Assembly: GCA_963755125.1 (NCBI GenBank)
Contig: CAVWIP010000001.1
Span: forward strand, 64,001-128,000
DNA: 64,000 bases
Source of the DNA: an uncultured delta proteobacterium
Lineage (GTDB): Bacteria > Myxococcota_A > Polyangia > Fen-1088
Direction of reading: 5' to 3'
In this document: positions 8,733-23,173 of the stretch, piece by piece
Numbering within the stretch: position 1 is the first letter of the stretch
How the letters are laid out: the number at the start of each line of letters is the position of its first letter
Notes under the pieces: model-generated
The model's database searches: none
What the model saw: only the letters and a program-made list of their open reading frames with translations
What the model was told of the DNA's origin: nothing
Position numbers and translations under genes: made by a program

Positions 8733-10202
8733 ATGCGCCGTATGCGTATCACTGCGATGCCTTTCCTGTTTGCCAGCGCCGTCCTGCTGGGTGGCAGCTG
8801 TATTCGGCGACCCGCCCCGGTGGCGGGACCGAACCCTGTCGCGCAGACGTCGTCCGCTGCGCTGACGGTCTTGCCGTTCGAGCGCCACCAGAGTATCGAG
8901 GGTTTCGGTGCGTCGCTGTCCTGGTACCAGGACAGGCTGGTCCCCAACCCGCCGCCTGGGATCTACCAGACGCTTTTCCCTGACCTGGGGCTGGACATCC
9001 TGCGCTTGCGCAACCGCTACCAGCGCATGACCAAGCCCGAGGACGGCAACCTGGCGCAGGACGTGGAGATCGTGCAGAAGGCCACTCAGGCGCTGGGCCA
9101 TCGGCCCAAGATCATGCTCTCGGCCTGGTCCCCGCCGGCATCCTTGAAAGCCAACGGCAAGGAAGATTGCGCGGGCGATCGTGACTGCACGCTGGCCAAG
9201 GAGAACGGCCGTTTCGTCTACGAGAAGTTCGCGGACTTCTGGCGCGATTCGCTCGTGCACTACGCCCAGCTTGGCATCGTCCCCGACTGGGTGAGCATCG
9301 AGAACGAGCCGTCCTTCATTCCGCCATCCTGGGAAGGTTGCAAATTCGAGGCGAGCGAAACCAGCGACTATCCAGGCTACGACAAGGCCCTGGCCGCGGT
9401 TCATGCCAGGCTGGCCAGCTTGCCCAATCCGCCAAAGATGCTCGGCCCCGAGGTGCTCGGCATTCACAACGGGCTGCTTCAGAGGTACGTCAAGGCCATG
9501 AACGTCGATCTCGTTGACGGCATTGCCCATCATCTTTACGAGAAGGGCAGCGACAACATCTGGGATTGGAAGGATCCGGGCCCCGACAGCTTCCTCGGCG
9601 TCATGCAGGCCGCGGCCCAGACGACCGACAAGCCGCTCTTCCAGACCGAGTTCCAGACCGATGAGGATCACGGCTATCTGGGTGGTTTTGAAACCGCCTG
9701 GCTGATCCACAATTCGCTGGTCGAAGAGGGCGTGGCAGCCTTTCTCTACTGGGATCTGATCTGGGGCGATGGCGGCGGCCTGGTTTCCATGGAGCGCAAG
9801 GGCCCGCGCCCGCGCGACCAGTACTACTCCTTGCGCCACTACGCGCGCTACACGGACCCGGGCGATGTTCGCGTGGGTACCAAGTGCGACAAGCCCGAGG
9901 TGCGCGCCTCGGCCTTTCTTTCGCCGGAGACCGACAGGCTGACCCTGATCGCGCTCAACACGGGCAAGGTCCCCGTCGAGGTTCGCGTGGATTTTGGTGG
10001 TTTTGCCGTATCGAGTTCAGCCGTCTACCGGACTGTCTATCTGTCCATGGCGAGCGCGCCGGCCGGGCGCCCGAGCTCCCCTCCCAGCTCCGAGAGGTGG
10101 ACTGCCCTCGGTGAATTGCCTGCCAGCTCCATCGTGCCGTTGCCAGGACGCTCGATCGCCACCGTGGTGCTGCATGGCCGGATGCCCTCCCAGCACAAGT
10201 GA
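8733..10202 (+). CDS. GH30-family glycoside hydrolase (xylanase-like), probable lipoprotein
   Basis: QSIEGFGAS, LGLDILRLR, SAWSPPASLK, SIENEP (acid/base), LFQTEF (nucleophile), AFLYWDL; signal peptide ending GGSC; start uncertain. Confidence 0.85.
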   Translation: MRRMRITAMPFLFASAVLLGGSCIRRPAPVAGPNPVAQTSSAALTVLPFERHQSIEGFGASLSWYQDRLVPNPPPGIYQTLFPDLGLDILRLRNRYQRMTKPEDGNLAQDVEIVQKATQALGHRPKIMLSAWSPPASLKANGKEDCAGDRDCTLAKENGRFVYEKFADFWRDSLVHYAQLGIVPDWVSIENEPSFIPPSWEGCKFEASETSDYPGYDKALAAVHARLASLPNPPKMLGPEVLGIHNGLLQRYVKAMNVDLVDGIAHHLYEKGSDNIWDWKDPGPDSFLGVMQAAAQTTDKPLFQTEFQTDEDHGYLGGFETAWLIHNSLVEEGVAAFLYWDLIWGDGGGLVSMERKGPRPRDQYYSLRHYARYTDPGDVRVGTKCDKPEVRASAFLSPETDRLTLIALNTGKVPVEVRVDFGGFAVSSSAVYRTVYLSMASAPAGRPSSPPSSERWTALGELPASSIVPLPGRSIATVVLHGRMPSQHK

Positions 10203-10212
10203 GGGATCGGGC

Positions 10213-12078
10213 GTGGCCATCACGTGTCCGGTAGACAGCGGATGCAATCGCGACGGTGCGCGCATCGGGGCCTCCCCGATCGCGCTCCTGACGCTGCTGC
10301 TAGTCTTCGGGCAGGCGTGTCGCTGCAGAGACCAGCACACAGTCAAGTTGCCGGTCGAGATCGCCTTGCCACCAGGTGGGTCCGATCCCCGAATCTGGGT
10401 CGCAAGTGACGGCGAGTCGCTTGCGGCCGCGCAACTGAGGTCGAGACAAGACCGTGACGGGAGCGCTGAACTTTCCCGCGAACCCGTCGAGCTGTTCGCC
10501 TTGCGCGGAGAAACCGTCGCCTTCCAGATCGGCGCGCAGGCCGGCCAGAATGCGCTTCGGGACGTCACGGTCGAGGTCGAGCGGTTCACGCGCGCGAGAG
10601 CGGGCCAGGGGCGGGACGATGCGGAGCCGTCGGTGCAGGTCGATCGCTTCGTGGTGTTCGAATTGCCGATGGCCAGGCGCTCCGGGGGCAAGGTTTCCGG
10701 GGAGTCACTTGGCTGGGAGGCGGGCGCTGCTCCTCCCGGTCCGCCTCCTGGTGGCACGCTCGACGATCCCTTGATACCGGTGCAGGTGGCGCCGTCGTGG
10801 GCCAGCTATCCAATGCAGCTCGCCTCCGGGCAGCATCGCGCTATCTGGATCGATGTCACTGTTCCATCGGACAGAATCGATCCCGGAAGCTATCGCAGCC
10901 GGGTCGTGGTTCGTCATCGCCGGTCTGATGGCGGCACCGGCGTGCTGGCCGAGATCCCGCTCGCGATCGAGGTGGGTCGCGCCAGGCTCCCCTATGCATC
11001 GTTGCGCACGATGGTGTTCTTCGACCCGGGCAGGATCGAGGCCACCGTCGGTTCGAAGACCGCCGTGCGCCAGTTCCAGCAGCTCATGCACGCGCATCAT
11101 CTGAGCACGATCTTCCCCATCAATCGGGCCGCGGACGTGGAGGCCAATGCGGCTGCGCTGACCGGAGAGCTGTTCGCGGCCGGCGACGGCTACCGGGGCG
11201 CCGGCTCGGGGGAGGGTTCCAGCGTCGTGGCCCTGGGCGCGTATGGTTCGCTCGGGGATCCGAGCCCCGCCAGCATAGCAGCCGTGGCCGACATTCTCGC
11301 CGCTCTCGAAAGATTGGGAATCCGCGATCAGCCCGGGGTGCTCGACGTCTTCCTCTACGCCGTCGACGAGCAGTGCGAGAGTCCTCGCGGACAGCTCTGG
11401 AAACATGCGCTGGCCAATTCCCAAGTGCCGGCGCTGCGGCGTCTGCGCGTCGGCCACACCTGCTCGGAACCGCCGGCCGCGCAAGCAGTCGACTTGGTCA
11501 TGGTGGCGGCGTCCAGGTACTCGCCCCGGCTGACTGACCAGGCGGCGGTACGCGGAAAACACGTGTGGATCTACAACGGTCAGCTTCCTCAGGCCGGGCA
11601 ATTCCTCAGCGACGGGTGGCGCGTGGGACTGCGAGCCAATGCCTGGATCCAGTCGGCCTTCCAGATCGAGCGCTGGTTCTACTGGGAGTCGACCTTCTGG
11701 GATGATGACAACCGCGGAGGTTTGGGGCCGCACGACGTGTTCGCCGGCGCCGAAACCTTCCATAATCGCGAGGGCGACTTCTGCAATGGCGATGGTGTGC
11801 TGGTGTATCCGGGCAGGCAGCCCGGCTTCCCCACCCATTCGGCGGATTTCGACGGGGTGTTCCCGTCCATCCGGCTCAAACAGTGGCGGCGAGGCGTGAG
11901 CGACGCCGGCTACCTGGAACTTGGCCGCGCCATCGACCGCGAGCGCGTCGAGCGCCTCATTCGGACGCTGGTGCCCGGAGCTCTCGATCAGGCACGATCA
12001 GGACGCTCACCTGCATGGGCCACCTCGGCGCAGGCATACGAAGCCGCCCGTCGGGAACTGTTTGGGCTGGTGCGCTGA
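10213..12078 (+). CDS. DUF4091-domain (GH123-like) secreted protein
   Basis: ALRGETVAFQI, AIWIDVTVP, YAVDE, WFYW, GDGVLVYPG...SIRLKQWRRGVSD motifs; start estimated at the GTG after the GH30 stop. Confidence 0.7.
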   Translation: MAITCPVDSGCNRDGARIGASPIALLTLLLVFGQACRCRDQHTVKLPVEIALPPGGSDPRIWVASDGESLAAAQLRSRQDRDGSAELSREPVELFALRGETVAFQIGAQAGQNALRDVTVEVERFTRARAGQGRDDAEPSVQVDRFVVFELPMARRSGGKVSGESLGWEAGAAPPGPPPGGTLDDPLIPVQVAPSWASYPMQLASGQHRAIWIDVTVPSDRIDPGSYRSRVVVRHRRSDGGTGVLAEIPLAIEVGRARLPYASLRTMVFFDPGRIEATVGSKTAVRQFQQLMHAHHLSTIFPINRAADVEANAAALTGELFAAGDGYRGAGSGEGSSVVALGAYGSLGDPSPASIAAVADILAALERLGIRDQPGVLDVFLYAVDEQCESPRGQLWKHALANSQVPALRRLRVGHTCSEPPAAQAVDLVMVAASRYSPRLTDQAAVRGKHVWIYNGQLPQAGQFLSDGWRVGLRANAWIQSAFQIERWFYWESTFWDDDNRGGLGPHDVFAGAETFHNREGDFCNGDGVLVYPGRQPGFPTHSADFDGVFPSIRLKQWRRGVSDAGYLELGRAIDRERVERLIRTLVPGALDQARSGRSPAWATSAQAYEAARRELFGLVR

Positions 12079-12202
12079 TTTCCATGGCAACCCAGGGAGG
12101 CTCAACCAGATCTCACTTGTGTGCTTGACAGTTGGCCGCGGGTCGGGCGTTATCGGCGGTCAAGGCCGCGCCTGGCCTGCCACCCAAGCAGGGGAATTGG
12201 AC

Positions 12203-12775
12203 ATGAAGCTTCGCCCAGCACCTCCGGACAAGAACCTGGTCGAACGAGGGGAGATTCTCGACGCCGTGGGCATTTCCCGGGTGTTGCGCCGGATCGCCTT
12301 CGAGATCATCGAGCGCAACGGCCCGGCGCCCTATCTGGTCGGCATCCGCACCGGCGGCGCGGTGCTGGCCGAGCGCATGGTCGAGATGTTGGCCGCAAGC
12401 GGCGAAAGCCGGCCGGTGCTGGGCGCCATCGACATCACGCTGTATCGCGACGACGTCTTTCTCGGCCTGCCCAAACCCGAGATCGGGGCCACCGAGCTGC
12501 CCGAAAGCATCGAAGGCCGCACCGTGGTGCTGGTTGACGACGTCCTGTTCACCGGCCGCACGGTGCGCGCCGCCATGGACGTGCTGGCCGACTATGGCCG
12601 ACCCCGCACCGTGCAGTTGGCCGTGCTGGTCGACCGCGGCCGGCGCGAGCTACCCATCCAACCTGACTACGTGGGCGTGCGCTTGCAGACCACGGCTGAC
12701 CAGTCGGTGCGCGTGATGCTGGCCGATCGTGGGGAGACCGACCGGGTCGTTCTGCGAGAGAGGATCACCAAATGA
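12203..12775 (+). CDS. pyrR: Bifunctional pyr regulator / uracil phosphoribosyltransferase PyrR
   Basis: [45 protein letters not shown]; precedes pyrB. Confidence 0.95.
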   Translation: MKLRPAPPDKNLVERGEILDAVGISRVLRRIAFEIIERNGPAPYLVGIRTGGAVLAERMVEMLAASGESRPVLGAIDITLYRDDVFLGLPKPEIGATELPESIEGRTVVLVDDVLFTGRTVRAAMDVLADYGRPRTVQLAVLVDRGRRELPIQPDYVGVRLQTTADQSVRVMLADRGETDRVVLRERITK

Positions 12776-13719
12776 CCAAGGGATTCACGCAGCGACACTT
12801 GCTGGGCATGGAGAATCTCACCCGCGAGGAGATCACCACCATCCTCGATTTGGGCGAGCGCTTTCTGGAAATCGCGGATCGGCCCATCAAGAAGGTGCCC
12901 ACCTTGCGCGGCAAGACGGTCATCAACCTGTTTCTAGAACCGTCGACGCGCACCCGCACGTCCTTCGAGATTGCGGCCAAGCGCCTGTCCGCCGACGGGG
13001 TCAACTTCACCGCCTCCTCGTCGTCCACGGTCAAGGGAGAGACGCTCATCGACACGGCGATGAACCTGGACGCCATGAATCCCGACATCGTGGTCATTCG
13101 CCACGCCCAGGCTGGCTCGGCCCTACTGCTCAGCCAGCGCATCCGCGCCGGCATCGTGAATGCGGGGGATGGTGCGCACGAGCACCCGACCCAGGCACTG
13201 CTTGACGCCTCGACCATCCGCGCGCACAAGAAGAAGATCGAGGGCCTGACCGTGGTGATCTGCGGTGACATCGACCACAGCCGCGTGGCCCGCTCCAACA
13301 TTTTCGCCCTGCGCACGCTCGGTGCGCGCGTGCGCGTGGCAGGCCCGCGCTCGCTGCTGCCCATCGGGGTGGAAAACCTGGGCTGCGAGGCCTTTGATCG
13401 CATCGAGCCGGCGCTGGAAGGGGCCGACGTGGTCATGATGTTGCGGATCCAGCTCGAACGGAAAGCGGGCAGCCGTTTCCCCAACACGCGCGAGTACGCA
13501 CGCTACTTCGGCCTGAACGCGCGGCGCCTGGCCCTGGCCAAGCCCGACGCCATCGTCATGCACCCCGGGCCCATGAACCGGGGCGTGGAGATCGATCCCG
13601 GCGTGGCCGACGGTCCGCGTTCCGTGATTCTGGAGCAGGTCAGCCGGGGTGTGGCCATCCGCATGGCCGTCCTGTACCTGCTCGGCGGCGGCAGCGGCGA
13701 GGAATGGAGCAAGTCTTGA
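12772..13719 (+). CDS. pyrB: Aspartate carbamoyltransferase catalytic subunit
   Basis: [39 protein letters not shown]. Confidence 0.97.
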   Translation: MTKGFTQRHLLGMENLTREEITTILDLGERFLEIADRPIKKVPTLRGKTVINLFLEPSTRTRTSFEIAAKRLSADGVNFTASSSSTVKGETLIDTAMNLDAMNPDIVVIRHAQAGSALLLSQRIRAGIVNAGDGAHEHPTQALLDASTIRAHKKKIEGLTVVICGDIDHSRVARSNIFALRTLGARVRVAGPRSLLPIGVENLGCEAFDRIEPALEGADVVMMLRIQLERKAGSRFPNTREYARYFGLNARRLALAKPDAIVMHPGPMNRGVEIDPGVADGPRSVILEQVSRGVAIRMAVLYLLGGGSGEEWSKS

Positions 13720-13758
13720 TGACCTGCAAGCGCAACCCTTATCTGAGGAGCCAGTCCC

Positions 13759-15048
13759 ATGCCTGACATTCTTCTGCGCGGCGGTCGGGTGCTCGATCCC
13801 ACACGAGAGTTCGACGCCCAGGCAGACGTCTTGTTGAAGGACGGGAAGATTGCGGCGATCGAGCGCGGTCTGGCCGCACCAGGCGCCAGGGCCATCGAGG
13901 TCACGGGCTGCTGGGTGGTGTCGGGCCTCATCGACCTGCACGTGCACCTGCGCGAGCCAGGCCAGGAATACAAAGAGAACATCGAGACCGGGACGGCAGC
14001 GGCGGCTGCGGGCGGCTTTACTGCCGTTTGCTGCATGCCCAACACCAGCCCGCCCAACGACACGCGCGCCGTGACCGACCTGATCGTGCAGCGGGCGCGC
14101 GACAAGGGCGCCGTGCGCGTCTATCCCATCGGGTGCATCACGCAAGGCCAGAAGGGCGAGACCATGGCTGACATGGGCGAGCTGCAAGAGGCGGGCTGCG
14201 TAGCGGTTTCCGACGACGGTCGCGGCGTGATGAACAGCGAGGTCATGCGCCGAGCCTTGGAATACGCGCGCAGCTTCCGCATGCCGCTTGTGCAGCACTG
14301 CGAGGACAGCGCGCTCTCGGCCGGCGGGGCCATGCACGAGGGCTTGGCCTCCACGCGCTTCGGGATTCGCGCACAACCAGCTGCCGCGGAATCCGCCATG
14401 CTGGCCCGCGATCTGGAACTGGTCGCGCTGACCGGCGGCCGCTACCACATGGCCCACATCAGTTGCGCTGAATCGGTGCGCCTGATCCGCGAGGCCAAGC
14501 AGCGTGGGCTACCGGTCACCTGCGAGGTGACACCACACAACCTGATGCTGACCGACGAAGCCTGCGCCGGCTACCACACCTTTTTCAAGATGAACCCGCC
14601 GCTGCGCTCGGCGAGCGATCAGGCGGCGCTATGCGAGGCCCTGGCCGACGGCACCATCGACGCCATTGCCACGGACCACGCGCCCCATTCGTCGGTCGAG
14701 AAGGAAGTCGAGTTCGAGCAGGCATCGAATGGAGTCATCGGCCTGGAGACCGCGCTGGCCCTGGCCGTGGAGTTGGTTGATGCCGGCGTGTTGACGCCGG
14801 CCAAGCTGGTCATGCGCATGTCCGCAGGTCCGGCCAAGGTGCTGGGCCTGCCGGGCGGCAGCCTCGCGCCGGGCGGGCCGGCCGACGTGACCGTCATCGA
14901 TCCCAAGGCGGCCTGGATTTGTGATCCCACGCGGTTTCGTTCCAAGGCGCGCAACACGCCGTTTGGCGGGCGCGCAATGCGTGGCCGGGCCGTGCTGACT
15001 GTGGTAGGTGGACGGATTGTGTTTTCCGAGGAGAAGCTCGTTGCCTGA
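13759..15048 (+). CDS. pyrC: Dihydroorotase
   Basis: [28 protein letters not shown] motifs. Confidence 0.95.
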   Translation: MPDILLRGGRVLDPTREFDAQADVLLKDGKIAAIERGLAAPGARAIEVTGCWVVSGLIDLHVHLREPGQEYKENIETGTAAAAAGGFTAVCCMPNTSPPNDTRAVTDLIVQRARDKGAVRVYPIGCITQGQKGETMADMGELQEAGCVAVSDDGRGVMNSEVMRRALEYARSFRMPLVQHCEDSALSAGGAMHEGLASTRFGIRAQPAAAESAMLARDLELVALTGGRYHMAHISCAESVRLIREAKQRGLPVTCEVTPHNLMLTDEACAGYHTFFKMNPPLRSASDQAALCEALADGTIDAIATDHAPHSSVEKEVEFEQASNGVIGLETALALAVELVDAGVLTPAKLVMRMSAGPAKVLGLPGGSLAPGGPADVTVIDPKAAWICDPTRFRSKARNTPFGGRAMRGRAVLTVVGGRIVFSEEKLVA

Positions 15049-16186
15049 GACCAAGAGTGCATTGATACCCGCCTTGCTCGCTCTGGAGGATGGCACCGTC
15101 TATCGAGGCCTGGGCTTCGGTTCGGCCGCCGACATGACCGGCGAGCTGGTCTTCAACACTGCCATGAGCGGCTATCAGGAAGTGCTGACCGATCCATCCT
15201 ACCGCGGTCAGATCGTGATGATGACCGCGCCCGAAATCGGCAACGTGGGCGTGAACCCCGAGGACTTCGAGTCCGACCGGCCCTACTGCGCCGGCTTCGT
15301 GGTGCGCGACCTGTCGCCACTCGCGTCCAACTGGCGCGCCCAGGGCACGCTGGCCGATCTGATGGAGAAGTCGGGCGTGGCTGGCATTACCGGCATCGAC
15401 ACCCGCGCCATCACCCGGCGCTTGCGCATCGGCGGTGCCCAGCGCGCGGTGATCACGCGCAAGATCGACGACGCCAACGCGGCCGTGGCCGCGGCCCGGC
15501 GCTCGCCTTCGATGGAAGGCCAGGATCTGGCCAAGGACGTGACCTGCGTCCAGCCCTACCAGTGGGACGAAGGCTTGTGGCAGGCTCCGTCCAACAGCAC
15601 GCCGGTTCCGCCCGTTCGCCACCGCGTGGTGGCCTACGACTTCGGGATCAAGCGCGGGATCCTGCGCCGCCTGCGCCAGAGCGCCTGTGCGGTCACGGTG
15701 GTGCCGGCGGCCACGCGCGCGCGCGATGTCCTGGACATGAAGCCCGACGGAATCTTCCTGTCCAACGGTCCGGGCGATCCTGCGGCGGTGTCCTATGCGG
15801 TGGAGGCTGCGGCGGAGCTTTGCCAGAGCGGCAAGCCCATTTTCGGCATTTGCCTGGGCCACCAGATCCTGGGGCTCGCCCTGGGCGGCAAGACCTACAA
15901 GCTGAAGTTCGGGCACCACGGCGCCAATCACCCGGTGATGGATCTTTCCACGCGCAAGGTGGAGATCACGTCACAGAACCATGGGTTCGCGGTGGACGTG
16001 GGCTCGCTGCAGGGCAAGGCTGTGCTGTCGCACATCAACCTGAACGACCAGACCGTCGAGGGCATGCGCCACGACCGGCTGCCCATCTTCAGCGTGCAGT
16101 ACCATCCCGAAGCGTCGCCGGGGCCCAACGATCCCAGCTACCTGTTCGGGCGTTTCGTCAAGATGATGGACGAGCAGGCGCGGTGA
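15041..16186 (+). CDS. carA: Carbamoyl-phosphate synthase small subunit
   Basis: [41 protein letters not shown] start after GAGGAG. Confidence 0.96.
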   Translation: MPETKSALIPALLALEDGTVYRGLGFGSAADMTGELVFNTAMSGYQEVLTDPSYRGQIVMMTAPEIGNVGVNPEDFESDRPYCAGFVVRDLSPLASNWRAQGTLADLMEKSGVAGITGIDTRAITRRLRIGGAQRAVITRKIDDANAAVAAARRSPSMEGQDLAKDVTCVQPYQWDEGLWQAPSNSTPVPPVRHRVVAYDFGIKRGILRRLRQSACAVTVVPAATRARDVLDMKPDGIFLSNGPGDPAAVSYAVEAAAELCQSGKPIFGICLGHQILGLALGGKTYKLKFGHHGANHPVMDLSTRKVEITSQNHGFAVDVGSLQGKAVLSHINLNDQTVEGMRHDRLPIFSVQYHPEASPGPNDPSYLFGRFVKMMDEQAR

Positions 16187-16884
16187 GCGACGACGAGACA
16201 CGGAAGCCGCGCCCAGATGCCGGCCTCATCCACCTACTGCTCGACCAGTTGGCCAGCGACTTTGCGGCGCCGCCGTTCCGCGAGCAGATTGCGGCCGCAC
16301 GCGAAGAGTACTTCGGCCGGGCCGGCAAGGTTTTCGAGGACGATGCCGAGGTGTACGAGGCGCGCACGGTGGCGTTTTTGGAATGGTATGTGGTGGAGCG
16401 GTCGCTGCCCGAGGGCCGGCCGCCGGTGCTGGTGGCGCTGGAACGCACACCCGCCGATGCGGCCAACGCCGACCGACGCTTGGCTCTGGCGCGCATCGCG
16501 ACCAGCCACCGCAGCCTGTTCGACATTGCAGAAGTGAAAGGCAATCGCGTGGAGTTGGAAGACATTCTTGGTGGTGCGCGGTTCTCGGTGGTCGAGCGGC
16601 GCAGCACCATCGGTTTTGAAGTCGGCGCCATCGTGGAAGCGCGCGTGGTCTGGGACGGCACCGATCCGCTCTTCACCAAGACCTTTCTCTTTCACCCGCG
16701 TGACGCGCGCACCGAGATCCTTAATCTGGTCGACGACTCGCTCATGGCCGGCGCGTCTCGCGACGACATCATGGGCAAGCTTTCCCAACTCTATCTGCGC
16801 TGGCACCGTCACGGCCACCTGAACGCCGGCCGAATCTACAAGGGCGGGCATACCGGCAACACCGCCGGGCCAGTGGTGATCTAA
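16183..16884 (+). CDS. Hypothetical protein
   Basis: GTG overlaps the carA stop; 233 aa with typical high-GC codon usage and globular composition. Confidence 0.7.
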   Translation: MSDDETRKPRPDAGLIHLLLDQLASDFAAPPFREQIAAAREEYFGRAGKVFEDDAEVYEARTVAFLEWYVVERSLPEGRPPVLVALERTPADAANADRRLALARIATSHRSLFDIAEVKGNRVELEDILGGARFSVVERRSTIGFEVGAIVEARVVWDGTDPLFTKTFLFHPRDARTEILNLVDDSLMAGASRDDIMGKLSQLYLRWHRHGHLNAGRIYKGGHTGNTAGPVVI

Positions 16885-16903
16885 TCAAGCGTCGCCTCTC
16901 CCG

Positions 16904-18148
16904 GTGCTGTCCCAGGTTCTGCATACCATTCGCGAGCAGGCGCTGCTGGTTGGCGGCGAAAGGGTGCTGCTGGCCGTGTCGGGCGGTCCCGACTCGACGG
17001 CTCTGCTGCACGCGCTGGTGCACCTCGCGCCCCGCCTGCACATCGAGTTGGTCGCGGCGACAGTCGATCACGGGCTGCGGCCGGAATCGGGAAGCGAGGC
17101 TGCCCTGGTGGCCGAGCGTTGCCGTGCCTTGGGCATTCGCTGCGAGATGCTCGTGGTCGACGTCAAGGCTGCACGCCACGCCCATGTCTCGTGGCAGGAA
17201 GCCGCTCGCAATGTGCGCCTCTCTGCCTTGCAAGAAGCCGCGACCCGGCTGGGCTGCGCGCGCGTCGCCCTCGGCCACACGGCCGACGATCAGGCCGAGA
17301 CGGTGCTTTTTCGCATCGTGCGCGGCACGGGCATCGGCGGTCTTGCGGGAATTCCCTATCAGCGCGGGATCTTCATCCGGCCGCTGCTCGACGTTCGCCG
17401 CAAGGGCATCATGACGTTTTTGGCCAAGCGACGCATTTCCTTCATCGAGGATCCGTCGAACGCCGACCGTCACTACGCCCGGGTGCGCATCCGTCTCGAC
17501 CTTCTGCCCCTGTTTGCGCGCGAGAACCCGCGCGTGGTCGAGGCGCTGCTGTCCCTGGCACAAGAGGCACGCGCGATCGCGGCTGGGACGCCGGCGCTCG
17601 CACCCGCATCCGTCCCGCGGCGAGCGGCTGCGCTGATCCAGCGGATGGCGATGCAAGGGCAAGGGACACGGCGGGTTTCGGTTCCTGATGGTGAGGTGGT
17701 AGTGAGCTACGGAAACGTTCGCTTCCGACCGCGGACGAGCGGGCGGCAAGACGTTTGCCCTGCTTCATCCGGGTCGATCCGGGTGAAGGGCCCGGGGATC
17801 TATCGTCTGCCAGGGCGAAGCGAAGGCTCGGCGCTCGATTTGCAAGAAGGGCGCCACCCCGCGCTTCCGCCAACCGGCGCCGCCATCTTTGACGCCACAC
17901 GGATCGCGCGGCCGCTTGAGGTGCGCGCCTGGCGTCCAGGCGAGCGCATGCGGCCGCGCGGCGGCCGCGGCAGTCGCAAGGTTTCGGACCTTCTGGTCGA
18001 CGCCAAGATTCCCCGTGACCTGCGGCGCGACCTGCCCGCGCTGGTGACTGCCGACGGAACCATCCTGTTTGTCGCAGGTCTGCGTCCGTCCGAGGTCGGG
18101 CGTCCGCAGGTCGCCAGCGAGCACTGGCTAGCCGTACGCTCTGTCTGA
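16904..18148 (+). CDS. tilS: tRNA(Ile)-lysidine synthetase
   Basis: AVSGGPDS PP-loop, DHGLR, GHTADDQAET, RPLL, EDPSN; upstream of ftsH. Confidence 0.95.
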   Translation: MLSQVLHTIREQALLVGGERVLLAVSGGPDSTALLHALVHLAPRLHIELVAATVDHGLRPESGSEAALVAERCRALGIRCEMLVVDVKAARHAHVSWQEAARNVRLSALQEAATRLGCARVALGHTADDQAETVLFRIVRGTGIGGLAGIPYQRGIFIRPLLDVRRKGIMTFLAKRRISFIEDPSNADRHYARVRIRLDLLPLFARENPRVVEALLSLAQEARAIAAGTPALAPASVPRRAAALIQRMAMQGQGTRRVSVPDGEVVVSYGNVRFRPRTSGRQDVCPASSGSIRVKGPGIYRLPGRSEGSALDLQEGRHPALPPTGAAIFDATRIARPLEVRAWRPGERMRPRGGRGSRKVSDLLVDAKIPRDLRRDLPALVTADGTILFVAGLRPSEVGRPQVASEHWLAVRSV

Positions 18149-18236
18149 TAGCGTTGCCGACGGGAACTCTCGTTGACGCCGCGCCATTTGCTGTCAATAT
18201 TCTAATCAGAGAGTCGACAGACTTAGAGGATCGCGC

Positions 18237-20177
<1,941 letters not shown>

Positions 20178-20197
20178 CAGAAGACCCCGGCTCTCCG

Positions 20198-21007
20198 ATG
20201 GCCACGCGGATTGTCGGTGTTCTCAATGTGACCCCTGACTCGTTTTCGGACGGGGGACGATTTTCTTCGCCGGAGGATGCGGTGGCGGCCGGTCTGGCCA
20301 TGGTAGAGCAGGGCGCGGATTGGATCGATGTGGGTGGAGAATCCACGCGGCCGGGCTCGCTGCCGGTGTCCGAGGCCGAGGAGATCGCGCGCGTGGCCCC
20401 GGTGATCCGCGAGCTGTCGAAGCGTGTGGCAGCGACGGTGCGCGTGTCCGTCGACACTTACAAGGCCGCCACAGCGCGCGCGGCTCTAGCCGAAGGTGCC
20501 ACCGCACTCAACGACGTGTCCGGCGGCTTGCTCGATCCGGAGATTTTCCGTGTAGCTGCGGCAGGTGGGGCTGCCATGGTGCTGGGCCATCTGCGCGGCA
20601 AGCCGGCCGACATGCAGGCCAACGTCCATTTCGACAACGTGGTCGAGGAGGTGGCGAGCGAACTGGCCAGCCGCGTGGCTGCGGCGAGGGCCGCAGGCTG
20701 CGGCGAGGTTTGGGCCGATCCTGGCATTGGCTTTGGCAAGCACCTGGAGCACAACCTGAGCCTGCTCCGGCACCTTGCTCGCCTGCGCGCGCAGTTGGGC
20801 GTGCCCATCATGGTGGGCGTGTCGCGCAAACGATTCATCGGAGATGTGACGGGAAAGTCAGCGGCTGAACGGGTCTTCGGTACCGCCGCGGCTGTGGCCG
20901 TGGCGATCGTGAACGGCGCGGACGCGGTTCGGGTTCACGACGTCGCGGCCATGCGCGACGTGGTTCGCGTGGCCGAAGCCATCGCGGGCGCGGGCGAAAT
21001 CGATTAG
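20198..21007 (+). CDS. folP: Dihydropteroate synthase
   Basis: GVLNVTPDSFSDGG, GGESTRPG, DPGIGFGK, GVSRKRF, VRVHDV. Confidence 0.97.
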   Translation: MATRIVGVLNVTPDSFSDGGRFSSPEDAVAAGLAMVEQGADWIDVGGESTRPGSLPVSEAEEIARVAPVIRELSKRVAATVRVSVDTYKAATARAALAEGATALNDVSGGLLDPEIFRVAAAGGAAMVLGHLRGKPADMQANVHFDNVVEEVASELASRVAAARAAGCGEVWADPGIGFGKHLEHNLSLLRHLARLRAQLGVPIMVGVSRKRFIGDVTGKSAAERVFGTAAAVAVAIVNGADAVRVHDVAAMRDVVRVAEAIAGAGEID

Positions 21008-21068
21008 ATCGCTTCTCGGCCTACCAGCCATTCAGCCGCTGCAACGGCTTGCTCGGCGGCTCTCACCT

Positions 21069-21443
21069 TCATGGAACCAATTCAAGAGCCTGAGAAAGGC
21101 GAAGACCGATTCGCATAGCACTAAGGTCGCGCCGATCGGTTGTCAAGACTCGGTAGACGCGCCGTCGCTCAGCCACCGCAGCCACGGTGCCATCAACCAA
21201 GCCTAGGTTGAGCCCCGCAAATCTTGCATCCAGTTCCATTGATCTCGCGATGTCGGACGGCAGCGGTGGCTCATACTCGTATCGAGTTCCCTGATCGAAG
21301 ATGTCCGCCACCAACCTTCTCATGGCTGCACGGTTGTCCCTGAGAAAGTAGTCAACTTCGGCGAGAACGAGCCCGGGCACGATCACCGAACTCGCTGACG
21401 TTAGTGCCTCCTCGTATTCCGGAAAGCTTGGCACGCCATCTCG
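21069..21443 (-). pseudogene. N-terminally truncated PIN-domain (VapC-like) toxin
   Basis: VPGLVLAEVDYFL, LGLVDGTVAAVAER, VLTTDRRD motifs; first PIN strand with the D(T/S) acidic residue not found; lower GC than flanking genes; no antitoxin seen. Confidence 0.7.
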
Positions 21444-21639
21444 GTCGCAGGGAAGCTGCGTCCGAATACAAAGTTCTTGCGCGAGTGGCTCAAAGGATTT
21501 CACCGTGTTGCGGCTGCGGAGCTGCTGGTCTCGCGGAATGCCCTCTCTCGTGCTGCTGTCTAAAACCCTAAGGGCAGCAGCTCTCGTCGCGGCTACAGCG
21601 GGCGGTCCAGCGTACTCTGGACATCGAGGGGGCTTCGAC

Positions 21640-21705
21640 GATCCCCTTTGGGGGTCTCGGGGAGGACAGCCAAACTCTTCCACCCCGCGCACTTCGCGCG
21701 CGCCC
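21640..21705 (+). repeat. Copy 1 of a ~65 bp palindromic intergenic repeat (REP/MITE-like)
   Basis: GATCCCCTTTGGGGGTCTCGGGGA...CCACCCCGCGCACTTCGCGCGCGCCC, similar to copies at 43939-44004 (-) and 45495-45562 (+). Confidence 0.6.
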
Positions 21706-21805
21706 GTCGCGGCCAAGGCCACGGCTGCGCCCACGGCCTCTTGCGGCTATCGCGTTCAACCGGCTACGCATTTTCGAGAGGCGGTACTAGAATGCAATCC
21801 TTCGC

Positions 21806-23169
<1,364 letters not shown>

Positions 23170-23173
<4 letters not shown>

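Noticed and set aside
12079..12202. PyrR-binding attenuator upstream of pyrR
   Set aside because: A TTGACA is present at 12125 but I could not find the PyrR binding-loop consensus or a U-tailed terminator
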